DNA of 32,000 nt from Candidatus Electronema halotolerans (GTDB lineage: Bacteria; Desulfobacterota; Desulfobulbia; Desulfobulbales; Desulfobulbaceae), in assembly GCA_942493095.1 (NCBI GenBank), contig OW818675.1, forward strand, positions 60,001 to 92,000, in the 5' to 3' direction. Below the pieces are notes generated by a model. That model saw nothing but the letters and a program-made list of their open reading frames with translations. It had not been told where the DNA came from and searched no databases. The translations under genes were made by a program, and so were the position numbers. Below are positions 22,628 to 30,288 of the stretch, piece after piece. How positions within the stretch are numbered: the stretch's first letter is position 1; each line of letters opens with the position of its first letter.

Positions 22628-24742
22628 TTATCTCAAATTTTTCGAGGTTCCCCCATGACGGCAGGCGGCTGCCGCAGACAGGCGGCTTTGTCTGCACTTG
22701 TTGAACACCCAGCCGACCTCTTGAATGCCTGCCTGCTGGATGCGCTGCTGTGTCTCCTCAGCTTCTGCCAGCAAAGTTTTGCCGCATTCAAGCACACAGA
22801 TGAGCAAATCCGCTGCCGGGCTGAGAATGAGCGCGTCGCTGCCTGCCCGCAGAGAGGGACTGTCCAGCAAGACCATCTCATAGCCTTGGCCGCAATCACG
22901 CAGCAGCGGCAGCAGCTCAACAGCGTCGATGATGCTGCCCGGATCAGCAATATTTCGGCCCGCAGTGAGAATATCCAAGCCAGGAGCTGCATCAGGGCGC
23001 AGGGCCTCCTTAAAAGGCAATTTGCCTGCAATGACTTCAGCCAGCCCCTGCCGGTTTTTCAAAGCAAAGCTGCGATGCAGGACAGGCTGACGCAGGTTAA
23101 GATCAATGAGCAGGGTCTTTTTCCCGGCAGCGGCACAGGACAAGGCGAGATTGGCGGCCAGACTGCTCTTGCCTTCGCCGTTGCTGGAACTGGTGATCAG
23201 CACTATCTGGGCAGGCTTGCCGCCAGCCGCAAAAGCGAGACTGTGACGGATGCTCCGGTATGACTCAGCTAAGGGTGAACCGGGCGGCAGGCGGGAAAGC
23301 AGCCGCCGTCCGCGCAGGTGGCGGAAAAAAGGAATGCTGCCCAGCAGCCTGAAGCGGTCAAAATGGCGCAGGTCCGCAGGCGACTGAATGGCGGTGTCGA
23401 TATATTCAACGAAAAACGCGGCTGCCGTGCCCCAGAACAGGCCGAGAAACAATCCGGCCATGAGCATGATGGATTTCTTGGGAAATTTTTTCTTGTCAGG
23501 AACTTGCGCTGGTTCGACCACTCTGGTGTCAGACAAGGCGACCGCTTCAGCGACCTCCACTTTGCGCAGATAGGTGAGAAAAGTCTCATACACGTCTTTG
23601 CTGGAGGAAAGAGACAGCTCCAGCTGGGCCAGCCGGGCGGATTTCTCTGGAATGGCAGCCAATTTTTTCTCATATTCAGCAATCATGCGCCGGAGCAGGG
23701 TGCTTTTGGCCCGTCCCACTTCCCGGCTGATCTGAAGATCAACCAATTTGCTCGACAGAGAGTCATAAACCGGATCAATGCCGAAATTTTTTCGGTTCAA
23801 GGTGATGCTCTCGCTCTGGCTGATCAATTCCTTGACCTTGTCCAATTCGCTGGCCAACTGCTTGTATTCAGGATGATCTTTCTGATAGACCGTGCTCTTG
23901 GCGGCAAAGCTGATCAGCAGTTCGTTCAACTTTGCCTTCAGCGCGGTCATCTCGCCGTCTTTGGAAAATTCCTCAGTCTCCTGCCGATACTTGCTCACCT
24001 TGTTGAGCTGGGCCTCTGCGCTGGCGATTTCCTTGTCCTGCAAGGCAAGAAGCTGCTTGTTGTCCTCGTAACTTTTTGTCAGGTCGTTGAGCCGGGACAT
24101 GGTGTTGCTCAACTCAGTGTCCAAGTCTGCCGCGTTTTCATTGACTTTGAAGGCCGTCAGGTCGTCAAGCGCTGTGCTGTAATCGGCATGAAGCAGGGGC
24201 AGTTTATTTTTTATGAATGCCTTGACTTTGCCGAACTCAGCCTGCGCCCGCTGGACATTGAAGTCAAGATACAGCTCTGCCAGCCGGTTGGCAATTTGGG
24301 CAGACTGCTCCGCTTCTGGCGAGGTGGCCGTGATTTTGAGAATCGCGGTGTCCTCCTCCTGCTTGATCTTGACCGCAGGCTGGGGCAGCAGCTTGTTGAT
24401 CAGCGCGGCATCGACCAAATCCTCGGCCTTGATGGTCTCGCCATCCCGGTCTTTCAATTTGAGTTTCTTGATCAAATCGTCCAACAGCGGCCTGACCTTG
24501 GCCAAGGCGGTCTTGGTCTCAAAGATATCCTCATCGCTGCTTGCCACAGTGCCGGGCATGTCCAGCTCGGCCATCAATGACGACAGGGCACTGGAGGACT
24601 GAATAAAGAGCTTGGCCACGGCCTGATAGGTGGGCGTGATCAGCACGGCTCCGGCGGCAAAGGCGAGGAAGAAAAAAAGAAAGACGGCAAGGAAGGTGCA
24701 TTTCCGCCGCAGGAGGGTGTCCAGCAGTTGTAAAAATTCCAT
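22628..24742 (-). CDS. Wzc-like chain-length determinant/CpsD-type ATPase (polysaccharide co-polymerase)
   Basis: Wzz domain at N-terminus, coiled coils, 'VLITSSSNGEGKSSLAANLALSCAAAGKKTLLIDLNLRQPVLH' Walker A and A'; 'MVLLDSPSL' Walker B. ATG 24742 with AAGGA upstream. The last 7 residues (GTSKNLR) are IS-derived. Confidence 0.92.
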   Translation of the reverse strand: MEFLQLLDTLLRRKCTFLAVFLFFFLAFAAGAVLITPTYQAVAKLFIQSSSALSSLMAELDMPGTVASSDEDIFETKTALAKVRPLLDDLIKKLKLKDRDGETIKAEDLVDAALINKLLPQPAVKIKQEEDTAILKITATSPEAEQSAQIANRLAELYLDFNVQRAQAEFGKVKAFIKNKLPLLHADYSTALDDLTAFKVNENAADLDTELSNTMSRLNDLTKSYEDNKQLLALQDKEIASAEAQLNKVSKYRQETEEFSKDGEMTALKAKLNELLISFAAKSTVYQKDHPEYKQLASELDKVKELISQSESITLNRKNFGIDPVYDSLSSKLVDLQISREVGRAKSTLLRRMIAEYEKKLAAIPEKSARLAQLELSLSSSKDVYETFLTYLRKVEVAEAVALSDTRVVEPAQVPDKKKFPKKSIMLMAGLFLGLFWGTAAAFFVEYIDTAIQSPADLRHFDRFRLLGSIPFFRHLRGRRLLSRLPPGSPLAESYRSIRHSLAFAAGGKPAQIVLITSSSNGEGKSSLAANLALSCAAAGKKTLLIDLNLRQPVLHRSFALKNRQGLAEVIAGKLPFKEALRPDAAPGLDILTAGRNIADPGSIIDAVELLPLLRDCGQGYEMVLLDSPSLRAGSDALILSPAADLLICVLECGKTLLAEAEETQQRIQQAGIQEVGWVFNKCRQSRLSAAAACRHGGTSKNLR
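22653..22656. repeat. Target site duplication CCAT (right)
   Basis: Directly abuts IRR; identical to 21344-21347. Confidence 0.88.
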
Positions 24743-24858
24743 TGAATCCTTGTGATCAGCAGGACATTCCGCTGTGCCTGGCAAGCAGGATTTCCGCCGC
24801 CCGCAGCATATCTTCGGGCAGCACTGCCTGCCTACATTTCTGCGCAGTTCGTGGATTC

Positions 24859-24876
24859 AAGTTGCACATGCAACTT
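24859..24876. promoter_or_regulatory. 18-bp palindrome upstream of the wzc-like gene
   Basis: AAGTTGCA-CA-TGCAACTT, 8-bp arms with 2-bp centre. Confidence 0.4.
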
Positions 24877-24943
24877 TTGCTGGATTGAAAAAAGACTGGC
24901 AGCATTGTCTTGCTCATCAGCGGGCAAAGCGGGCGCGCTGCAA

Positions 24944-24967
24944 GGCAATGGCCGCCACCTGCTCCAG
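24944..24967 (+). repeat. 24-bp direct repeat, copy 1
   Basis: GGCAATGGCCGCCACCTGCTCCAG, identical to 25571-25594. Confidence 0.9.
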
Positions 24968-25018
24968 ACATAATTGGTGGGCAAGCAAAAAGACGATTGC
25001 CCAGTCTGCGAGAGTCCG

Positions 25019-25243
25019 TTAACAATGCAGGGCAGCTATGAAATCATCCACTGGCACGCCCGCCTGCTTGAGGATGCCTGTCAAAGTGCCAGTCTTGAGT
25101 TCCCGATGATTTGGGATAACGCAGCCTGAAGCCCCGCGCCGCAGGATGATGTGGCTGCCGCGCTGCCGCACGACTGCAAAGCCCAGCCGCTCAAAAGCAT
25201 GGACTGCCTCTGCTCCTGAGATAACCGGCAGCTTAGGAGGCAT
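25019..25243 (-). CDS. hicA: HicA-family toxin (mRNA interferase)
   Basis: 'PPKLPVISGAEAVHAFERLGFAVVRQRGSHIILRR...VIPNHRELKTGTLTGILKQAGV' has the HicA/YcfA dsRBD-like signature with catalytic His in GSH. Track start 25258 is TTG; ATG is at 25243. Confidence 0.93.
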   Translation of the reverse strand: MPPKLPVISGAEAVHAFERLGFAVVRQRGSHIILRRGASGCVIPNHRELKTGTLTGILKQAGVPVDDFIAALHC

Positions 25244-25442
25244 GAAGCGCAACTTCAAAGGTGGTCAGAAAAGGACGGGCGGTTATGGTTGCAGGGAATT
25301 CTTCAAGATACAGTTCGGTGGCCTCACGCAGGTTTGCCAGCGCCTCTTCAACCGTCTCACCCTGGGTTGTCGTTCCTGTCTCAGGATTGAAGGCCACATA
25401 ACCGCCTTCAGGGGCGGGCATCAGCACTGCGGAAAGTTCCAT
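25233..25442 (-). CDS. hicB: HicB-family antitoxin
   Basis: 69 aa, 'PAPEGGYVAFNPETGTTTQGETVEEALANLREATELYLEEF', overlaps hicA; AGGAG upstream of the start. Confidence 0.9.
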   Translation of the reverse strand: MELSAVLMPAPEGGYVAFNPETGTTTQGETVEEALANLREATELYLEEFPATITARPFLTTFEVALHAS

Positions 25443-25460
25443 GCGCTTCTCCTGTTCATC

Positions 25461-25473
25461 TGCTTAATAAGCA
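25461..25473. promoter_or_regulatory. Candidate HicB operator palindrome
   Basis: TGCTTA-A-TAAGCA between the predicted promoter and the hicB start. Confidence 0.45.
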
Positions 25474-25492
25474 AAGCGGTTTCCATGCGGCC

Positions 25493-25521
25493 AGCATACG
25501 CGCAGGAACTGCCTTTGTCAA
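25493..25521 (-). promoter_or_regulatory. Sigma70-like promoter for hicBA
   Basis: Minus strand TTGACA (25521-25516), 17-bp spacer, TATGCT (25498-25493). Confidence 0.55.
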
Positions 25522-25537
25522 CATCATTGGTCACTCA

Positions 25538-26971
25538 TCATGCCGCCGCCGCAAAGCCGCTCTTGTCCGTGGCAATGGCCGCCACCTGCTCCAGCTCGTA
25601 CAAGCGGCAGGCTTCCATGAGAAAGCGGCACTCGGTCCAGATGTCGCCATCAACCAAGGGCATGAACAGATCGTGGATGTTGTCAACACCGAGAAAGACT
25701 TGCAGGTCGTTGTTGAGCAGCTCCTCGACCGGAGCAATGGAGTTGTGCAGGGGGGCGTACTTTTGTAGCTGCTTCATGCTCAGGGCAGCAGAAGGACAGA
25801 CAATAAAGCCCATGCCCGCATCCTTGGCCAGCCGCATGACCCGCTTGCGCTCGCTCTGATCCTTGGCTGCCAAGGAGATGGAATGCACGGCCCGCACCCG
25901 GCCCTCCATGCCGTGCTCAATGGTTTTCACGGCCAGCAGCTCAGTCTCGCTTTCATCGGGATTGTTCTCCTGATCGACATGCACATCCACCGGCTTGCCC
26001 AGATTTTTGGCAATGGAGAGGATGATGTCCAGATGCTTCTCCGGCAAAGGCCGGTCTTTGGAGGGCAGGCCGCCGACCACATCCGCCATTGCGCAGGCTT
26101 CCTCAAAAAAGGCCCGTGACTTCGGCTCCAGCACCCCTTCGAGCGGCTGCACCGCCAATTCAATGGTGATCTCGTGCTTGTGCTTTTCCTTGAGGGCAAG
26201 GGCAACCTGCATGGGCAGCAGCTTGACGGTGTTGTCCGCATCAATGAAGGTGCGGCAGTGGGTCACGCCCTGCGCCTTCATCACTGCAATGCAGCGGCTC
26301 ATCCGCTCGGTCAGGTCGCTTTCTGAATAGTTTTCCTTGATGTATTTGTACAGTTCCCATTTTTTCTGCATGTTGGCTTGGCCCAGCTTCAGATTGTCAA
26401 GGGAGATGATGTAGGACTTGTCAAAGTGGGAATGATAGCAGGCAAAGCCGCCTTTCTCCAAGACCATCTGGAGAAAGTGCTTCTTCATATCCCAAGGCGC
26501 GGAAGGATCAGTGATCGAATATTTGAAGATGTTGCCTTTCTTGTCCTTGAGCAGCCGCTCCAAGGTCATGGCGGCCAGCTTCACATTGGTGAAGATGGGA
26601 ATGCCGTTCTCAATGCAGAGGGCGCGGATGGTGGAGGAATCCGAGGCTTCGTCGTAGTCCTTGTTGCCAGTGAGAATGTTGATGACTAAGTCAACTTTGC
26701 TGTCAGTAAGATAATGAAGAATATTGGGGGCAATATCATCGGCTATCTTGTGCAGCTCCGTGTTGACAACCCCATGTTCCAGCAGAAAACGGCTGGTTCC
26801 GGGAGTGGCAAAAAACTCGACTCCGATGTCCTTCAGCTCCTTGATGTATGGCATGAGGGCCTTCTTGTCCTCCTGCTTGCCGGAACTGACTAAGATGCGG
26901 GTGCGGGTGCTTCTGCTGGCCAATTTGAGGTTGAAGGTCAGCAGCTCCAAGGACTGATCAAAATGATTCAT
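25538..26971 (-). CDS. MGS-like domain fused to a cytosine deaminase-like amidohydrolase
   Basis: N-terminus 'YIKELKDIGVEFFATPGTSRFLLEHGV...VDLVINI' (MGS-like); C-terminus 'CYHSHFDKSYI' (HxHxDK), 'DVHVDQENNP', 'VRAVHSISL', 'VFLGVDNIHDLF'. Track start 27037; preferred start ATG 26971. Confidence 0.85.
   Translation of the reverse strand: MNHFDQSLELLTFNLKLASRSTRTRILVSSGKQEDKKALMPYIKELKDIGVEFFATPGTSRFLLEHGVVNTELHKIADDIAPNILHYLTDSKVDLVINILTGNKDYDEASDSSTIRALCIENGIPIFTNVKLAAMTLERLLKDKKGNIFKYSITDPSAPWDMKKHFLQMVLEKGGFACYHSHFDKSYIISLDNLKLGQANMQKKWELYKYIKENYSESDLTERMSRCIAVMKAQGVTHCRTFIDADNTVKLLPMQVALALKEKHKHEITIELAVQPLEGVLEPKSRAFFEEACAMADVVGGLPSKDRPLPEKHLDIILSIAKNLGKPVDVHVDQENNPDESETELLAVKTIEHGMEGRVRAVHSISLAAKDQSERKRVMRLAKDAGMGFIVCPSAALSMKQLQKYAPLHNSIAPVEELLNNDLQVFLGVDNIHDLFMPLVDGDIWTECRFLMEACRLYELEQVAAIATDKSGFAAAA
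25571..25594 (+). repeat. 24-bp direct repeat, copy 2 (inside amidohydrolase 3' end)
   Basis: GGCAATGGCCGCCACCTGCTCCAG; encodes LEQVAAIA on the minus strand. Confidence 0.9.
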
Positions 26972-27121
26972 GGCGGAATGATCGAAAATGGACTTGTTGC
27001 ACGGACGCGCCCCTGCTGAACGCGCCGCCGGATACATACAGCCGGAGTTTCCACGTTATTCCGGTGCGCTGCACGGCAGCCTGCCCCTACGGGAGAGAGA
27101 CAGATGACAGCGTCATTCTTA

Positions 27122-28360
27122 TCACAGCGTCAGCCGCTCCTCCTTCTGCCCTCCTGCCGCTGCCTCCTGCGCCTCCAAGGCCCGCCGGAAAAGGGCTTCG
27201 GCCATGCCCCTGTACTGCTTCGCCTCCTCGCCCCGCCGCTGCCGGTCGCAGAGCTTGGCCAATTCTTGATAAACACTGCCCACTGCCGGATGGTCCTTGC
27301 CGCGCAGCTTCTGGGTCACAAGCAGGGCCTTCTTGTAATATTTTTCCGACTGCTCGTAATTGCCCCAGATTCTGCAGGCTTCAGCAAGTTGGGTGCAGAT
27401 GATGATCACACTGGCCAAGTCGGGATGCGGCGATTTGCTCTTGATGGCCAAGAGCCGCTCCAGCAGGGGAACAGCGTCCAGCTCCGCCTCCAGCTCCATG
27501 TGTAGTCGGGCCAGCTTGTCAAGAATGCCTGCCAAGACCATGTCGTTGCCAGTCTTCTCTATGATTGCCAAGGCCTGCTTGTACGGGGCTTCAGCCTTTT
27601 CATCCTCTCCTTGGCTCTCATAGAGCAGGCCGAGCTGGAACCAGCAGATGCCCATTTCAGGATGGGTTTTGCCGAGCAGCTTGGCAATGCCGTTCATGGC
27701 CTTTTTATAATAGCTCATGGCCGGAGCGTGCTGGCCGGACAAGGCGGCGGTGCAGGCGATCTCCCGCCGGGTCAAGGCCAAGTCGGCGGTGTCCTTGCCC
27801 TGCTGAACCAGCAGCTTTTCAGTTGCGGAAAAGCAGGCCAAGGCCTTTTTGTACTTATACATTTTTCGGGCCAGCAGACCTGCGGCCTTTAAATAAGGAA
27901 CATTGGTCCGCTCCAAGGAAAGCGCTTTGTCAAAGCGGACTGCAGCCCGGCTGAAATCCATCCGGCATTCTGCCAGCCTGCCGCTCTGAAAGGCGGCAAA
28001 GGCGCCGATCTTGCCTCCCTTGCCAATCAGCTTGTCAAGAATCTGCTCGGTCTCAACCGTGCTGACCTTGGCCTTGACTCCGGCGCAGGCCAAGTCATAA
28101 TCAGCCTTGTCGAGCAGCTTCCGCATCTTGCCCAGCGCGGCCAGCACCCTGTTGCGGCAGAGTATCTCATTTTGGTAGCTCTGCTTGAAAAAGGTCAGCG
28201 CTTCAGTCAGCGAGGTGATGACAAGCTGGAGCTTGTCCCGCCGATCCTCGTCATGGCTTTCAATGGCAGCGGCCAGCGCGGGCAGAAGATTCTTCTTCTG
28301 CGCGATCAGACGCTTCTTGTACGACTCTGGCGGCAGAGCGATCATGCTGTCTTCTGACAC
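27122..28360 (-). CDS. TPR-repeat protein
   Basis: 'HPEMGICWFQLGLLYESQGEDEKAEAPYKQALAIIEK', 'NYEQSEKYYKKALLVTQKLRGKDHPAVGSVYQELAKL'. GTG 28360 preceded by GGAGG; the track start 28459 is less likely. Confidence 0.87.
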   Translation of the reverse strand: MSEDSMIALPPESYKKRLIAQKKNLLPALAAAIESHDEDRRDKLQLVITSLTEALTFFKQSYQNEILCRNRVLAALGKMRKLLDKADYDLACAGVKAKVSTVETEQILDKLIGKGGKIGAFAAFQSGRLAECRMDFSRAAVRFDKALSLERTNVPYLKAAGLLARKMYKYKKALACFSATEKLLVQQGKDTADLALTRREIACTAALSGQHAPAMSYYKKAMNGIAKLLGKTHPEMGICWFQLGLLYESQGEDEKAEAPYKQALAIIEKTGNDMVLAGILDKLARLHMELEAELDAVPLLERLLAIKSKSPHPDLASVIIICTQLAEACRIWGNYEQSEKYYKKALLVTQKLRGKDHPAVGSVYQELAKLCDRQRRGEEAKQYRGMAEALFRRALEAQEAAAGGQKEERLTL

Positions 28361-28467
28361 AGTCTTACTTCCTCCACAGGAAACAGTTGTCGGATGCGCA
28401 AGCCTTGCAGGAAATTCTGCGTCCTTGGTATAGCAGACTGTCCGGCTCAGGACAAGCAAATCTTTTG

Positions 28468-29088
28468 TCAGTCATCAATCACCGCTGTGCTGACCTGCTG
28501 GATATCCTTCTTCCGCACAAGGACGACCCTGCCGTCCTTGGCCGTGATCTTCACCTCCGCGCCCTGCTGTTCAATCGTTTCCGCATAATAAACTTGGCCG
28601 GAATGCAGGATCACCACTTTGGTTTCAGTCCGGCTGGGCAGGTGGAGCGGCTTCAGAATGGCGTTTTTCAGCGCGGCCCGCTTCTCGCCCGGCATGTGCA
28701 GAATGATGATCAGGCCCGCAGTCAGGGCGATCACTCCGGCAAGCAGCAGCCCTCGGCCAAACCAGTTCACCTTTTTGCCAGTCGGCTGAATTCTGCCCTT
28801 GCGCACGACAAAGAAGTAGTATTCCTTGTTGTCGATGCGCAGTTCCTCGCGCAGGTCCTTGTCAGCAGCCTTGCCGCCGCAGGAGCAGATCGTGTCCGCC
28901 TCAGCGACAAATTGGCCGCAGCAGTCGCAGATGCGCTGTGAATTTCTGCTTGATGAGTAAAAGGTCTGATCAGGCTGGAGAACAAAGCGATTGCCGCACT
29001 CAACGCATTTGAGCGACCGTTTTTTGCGCAGCTTCTCGGTTCCTTCAATCAGATAACACGCGCCGCAGGTGCCGCAGCGAAACTTCAT
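28468..29088 (-). CDS. Zinc-ribbon (MJ0042/FYDLN-like) membrane protein
   Basis: 'MKFRCGTCGACYLIEGTEKLRKKRSLKCVECGNRFVL' plus 'CDCCGQFVAEADTICSCGG'; TM 'GLLLAGVIALTAGLIIIL'. Confidence 0.8.
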   Translation of the reverse strand: MKFRCGTCGACYLIEGTEKLRKKRSLKCVECGNRFVLQPDQTFYSSSRNSQRICDCCGQFVAEADTICSCGGKAADKDLREELRIDNKEYYFFVVRKGRIQPTGKKVNWFGRGLLLAGVIALTAGLIIILHMPGEKRAALKNAILKPLHLPSRTETKVVILHSGQVYYAETIEQQGAEVKITAKDGRVVLVRKKDIQQVSTAVIDD

Positions 29089-29103
29089 TGTGCTCCTCCT
29101 TGC

Positions 29104-30063
29104 TTATCTGGTTGGATAGTGCCCGGCCAGCCTGTGCAGCTGGGAGAGATATTCCTCCTTGCGGGCAAGCTGATTGCTGGCCTCCATGTCACGGACAAGC
29201 AGCGGAATCAGGCCGCTGATGTCCAGCCCGTGCGTGTTGCAATTCCTCCTGTTCGCCTCATCAACAAGCAGCAGGGCGTAATACGTGGTCAGCAGGCGCA
29301 CCTTGGCCGCCCGCCGGAACAGATAGGAACGCCCGCCAATGGTGTTGAGAAAGAACACAGCATATTCATAGGCCGTGGCAAAGGGAATGCGCACTGCCTC
29401 TGTCGGGCATTGCTCAGAAATGGTGGTGCTGTAAAGTCCGGCGGCCAGCTCCTCAGCATCGCCCTGCTCCTGCTCCAGCACTGCCTTGACCAAGTGCAAA
29501 TTGTCCTTGCCAAGAACCCGAAAAAAGTGGACCGTGTTGGACAGCACCGTGTAGAGGTCATCGGTTTCCCGAACCACTGCCGGTGTTTTCGCGGCCAGCT
29601 TTTTCTCCAGCACCTCAAAACGCTGCCGCACCGGCTGCTTGAGCTGGAAGTCCTGAATATACTCTTTCTTGTCCAAGGCGGTGAGAAAACTGTTCAGCCT
29701 GCCTGCCGCAACCGAGCAGTTCTGCACTGGCGGCGGCGTTTCTACTTCTGCTGTTTTGTCAGCTGCTGTTTCCGCCTCAGATGCGGCAGGCTCCAGCTGC
29801 TTTTCCTGAGCAGCGGTTTCATCCGGCACGTCCTCTGCGGCTGCTGGCATCTGCTCCTCCTGCAAGTTTTCCGGCTCGGCAGGTGCGGGCAGCAGATCAG
29901 GCCGGACCGCTTCCGGCAGCTGCTGCACCACCGTGCGCATTTCTTTGGGAAAGAGAAACCATGCTCCGGCCAGCACCGCCGCCAGGACTGTGCAGGCAAA
30001 GGCAATGGACTGTAGCGGCAGCTTCCGCCGCTCCTTCTGCTCCTGCTGTTTTTTTCGTTTCAT
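29104..30063 (-). CDS. Hypothetical membrane-anchored protein with acidic/Pro-rich linker
   Basis: 319 aa; N-terminal TM 'LQSIAFACTVLAAVLAGAWFLF'; low-complexity E/A/P region; C-terminal helical domain. Confidence 0.75.
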   Translation of the reverse strand: MKRKKQQEQKERRKLPLQSIAFACTVLAAVLAGAWFLFPKEMRTVVQQLPEAVRPDLLPAPAEPENLQEEQMPAAAEDVPDETAAQEKQLEPAASEAETAADKTAEVETPPPVQNCSVAAGRLNSFLTALDKKEYIQDFQLKQPVRQRFEVLEKKLAAKTPAVVRETDDLYTVLSNTVHFFRVLGKDNLHLVKAVLEQEQGDAEELAAGLYSTTISEQCPTEAVRIPFATAYEYAVFFLNTIGGRSYLFRRAAKVRLLTTYYALLLVDEANRRNCNTHGLDISGLIPLLVRDMEASNQLARKEEYLSQLHRLAGHYPTR

Positions 30064-30184
30064 CTTATTCCTTCCACGTTGTTTTTCAGGTCGGCCCGCG
30101 CTTCACTCTATCAGATCACCGCCCCTGTCGGCAAAGAAAAACTGAGCTGTTCCGGCAAGGCAGGGGCGGGCGGCTCTTTTCCCC

Positions 30185-30213
30185 TTGACGCTGCGGACTG
30201 AAAAGAATAAAAA
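30185..30213 (+). promoter_or_regulatory. Putative promoter for ppaC
   Basis: TTGACG (30185-30190), 17-bp spacer, TAAAAA (30208-30213). Confidence 0.4.
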
Positions 30214-30288
30214 GTATCTTTCAGCCAAGCGAAAATGAACCGCCCTCCTTGCGAGGGCTTGGATTTCAACCCCCCAGGAGGAAAAAAC

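Larger units (their letters stand above)
21348..22652 (+). mobile_element. IS5-family insertion sequence, complete, 1305 bp
   Basis: Imperfect terminal inverted repeats: IRL GGGTTCCTCGAAAAATACAACAT (21348-21370) vs IRR (reverse complement of 22630-22652) GGGAACCTCGAAAAATTTGAGAT, 17/23 identical; 4-bp target duplication CCAT at 21344-21347 and 22653-22656; contains one transposase ORF. Confidence 0.93.

Noticed and set aside
22655-24580. Long plus-strand ORFs (22655-23263, 23318-24580) antisense to the wzc-like gene
   Set aside because: Shadow ORFs of the real minus-strand gene; no domain signatures.
24756-25025. 89-aa minus-strand ORF between hicA and the wzc-like gene
   Set aside because: No homology pattern and overlaps the likely wzc promoter region; the frame is inconsistent with the LEQVAAIA reading. 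Treated as noncoding or remnant.
30170-30288. Fluoride riboswitch (crcB motif) upstream of the pyrophosphatase
   Set aside because: Considered because fluoride riboswitches can control pyrophosphatases, but I could not find the conserved fluoride aptamer core in the sequence.
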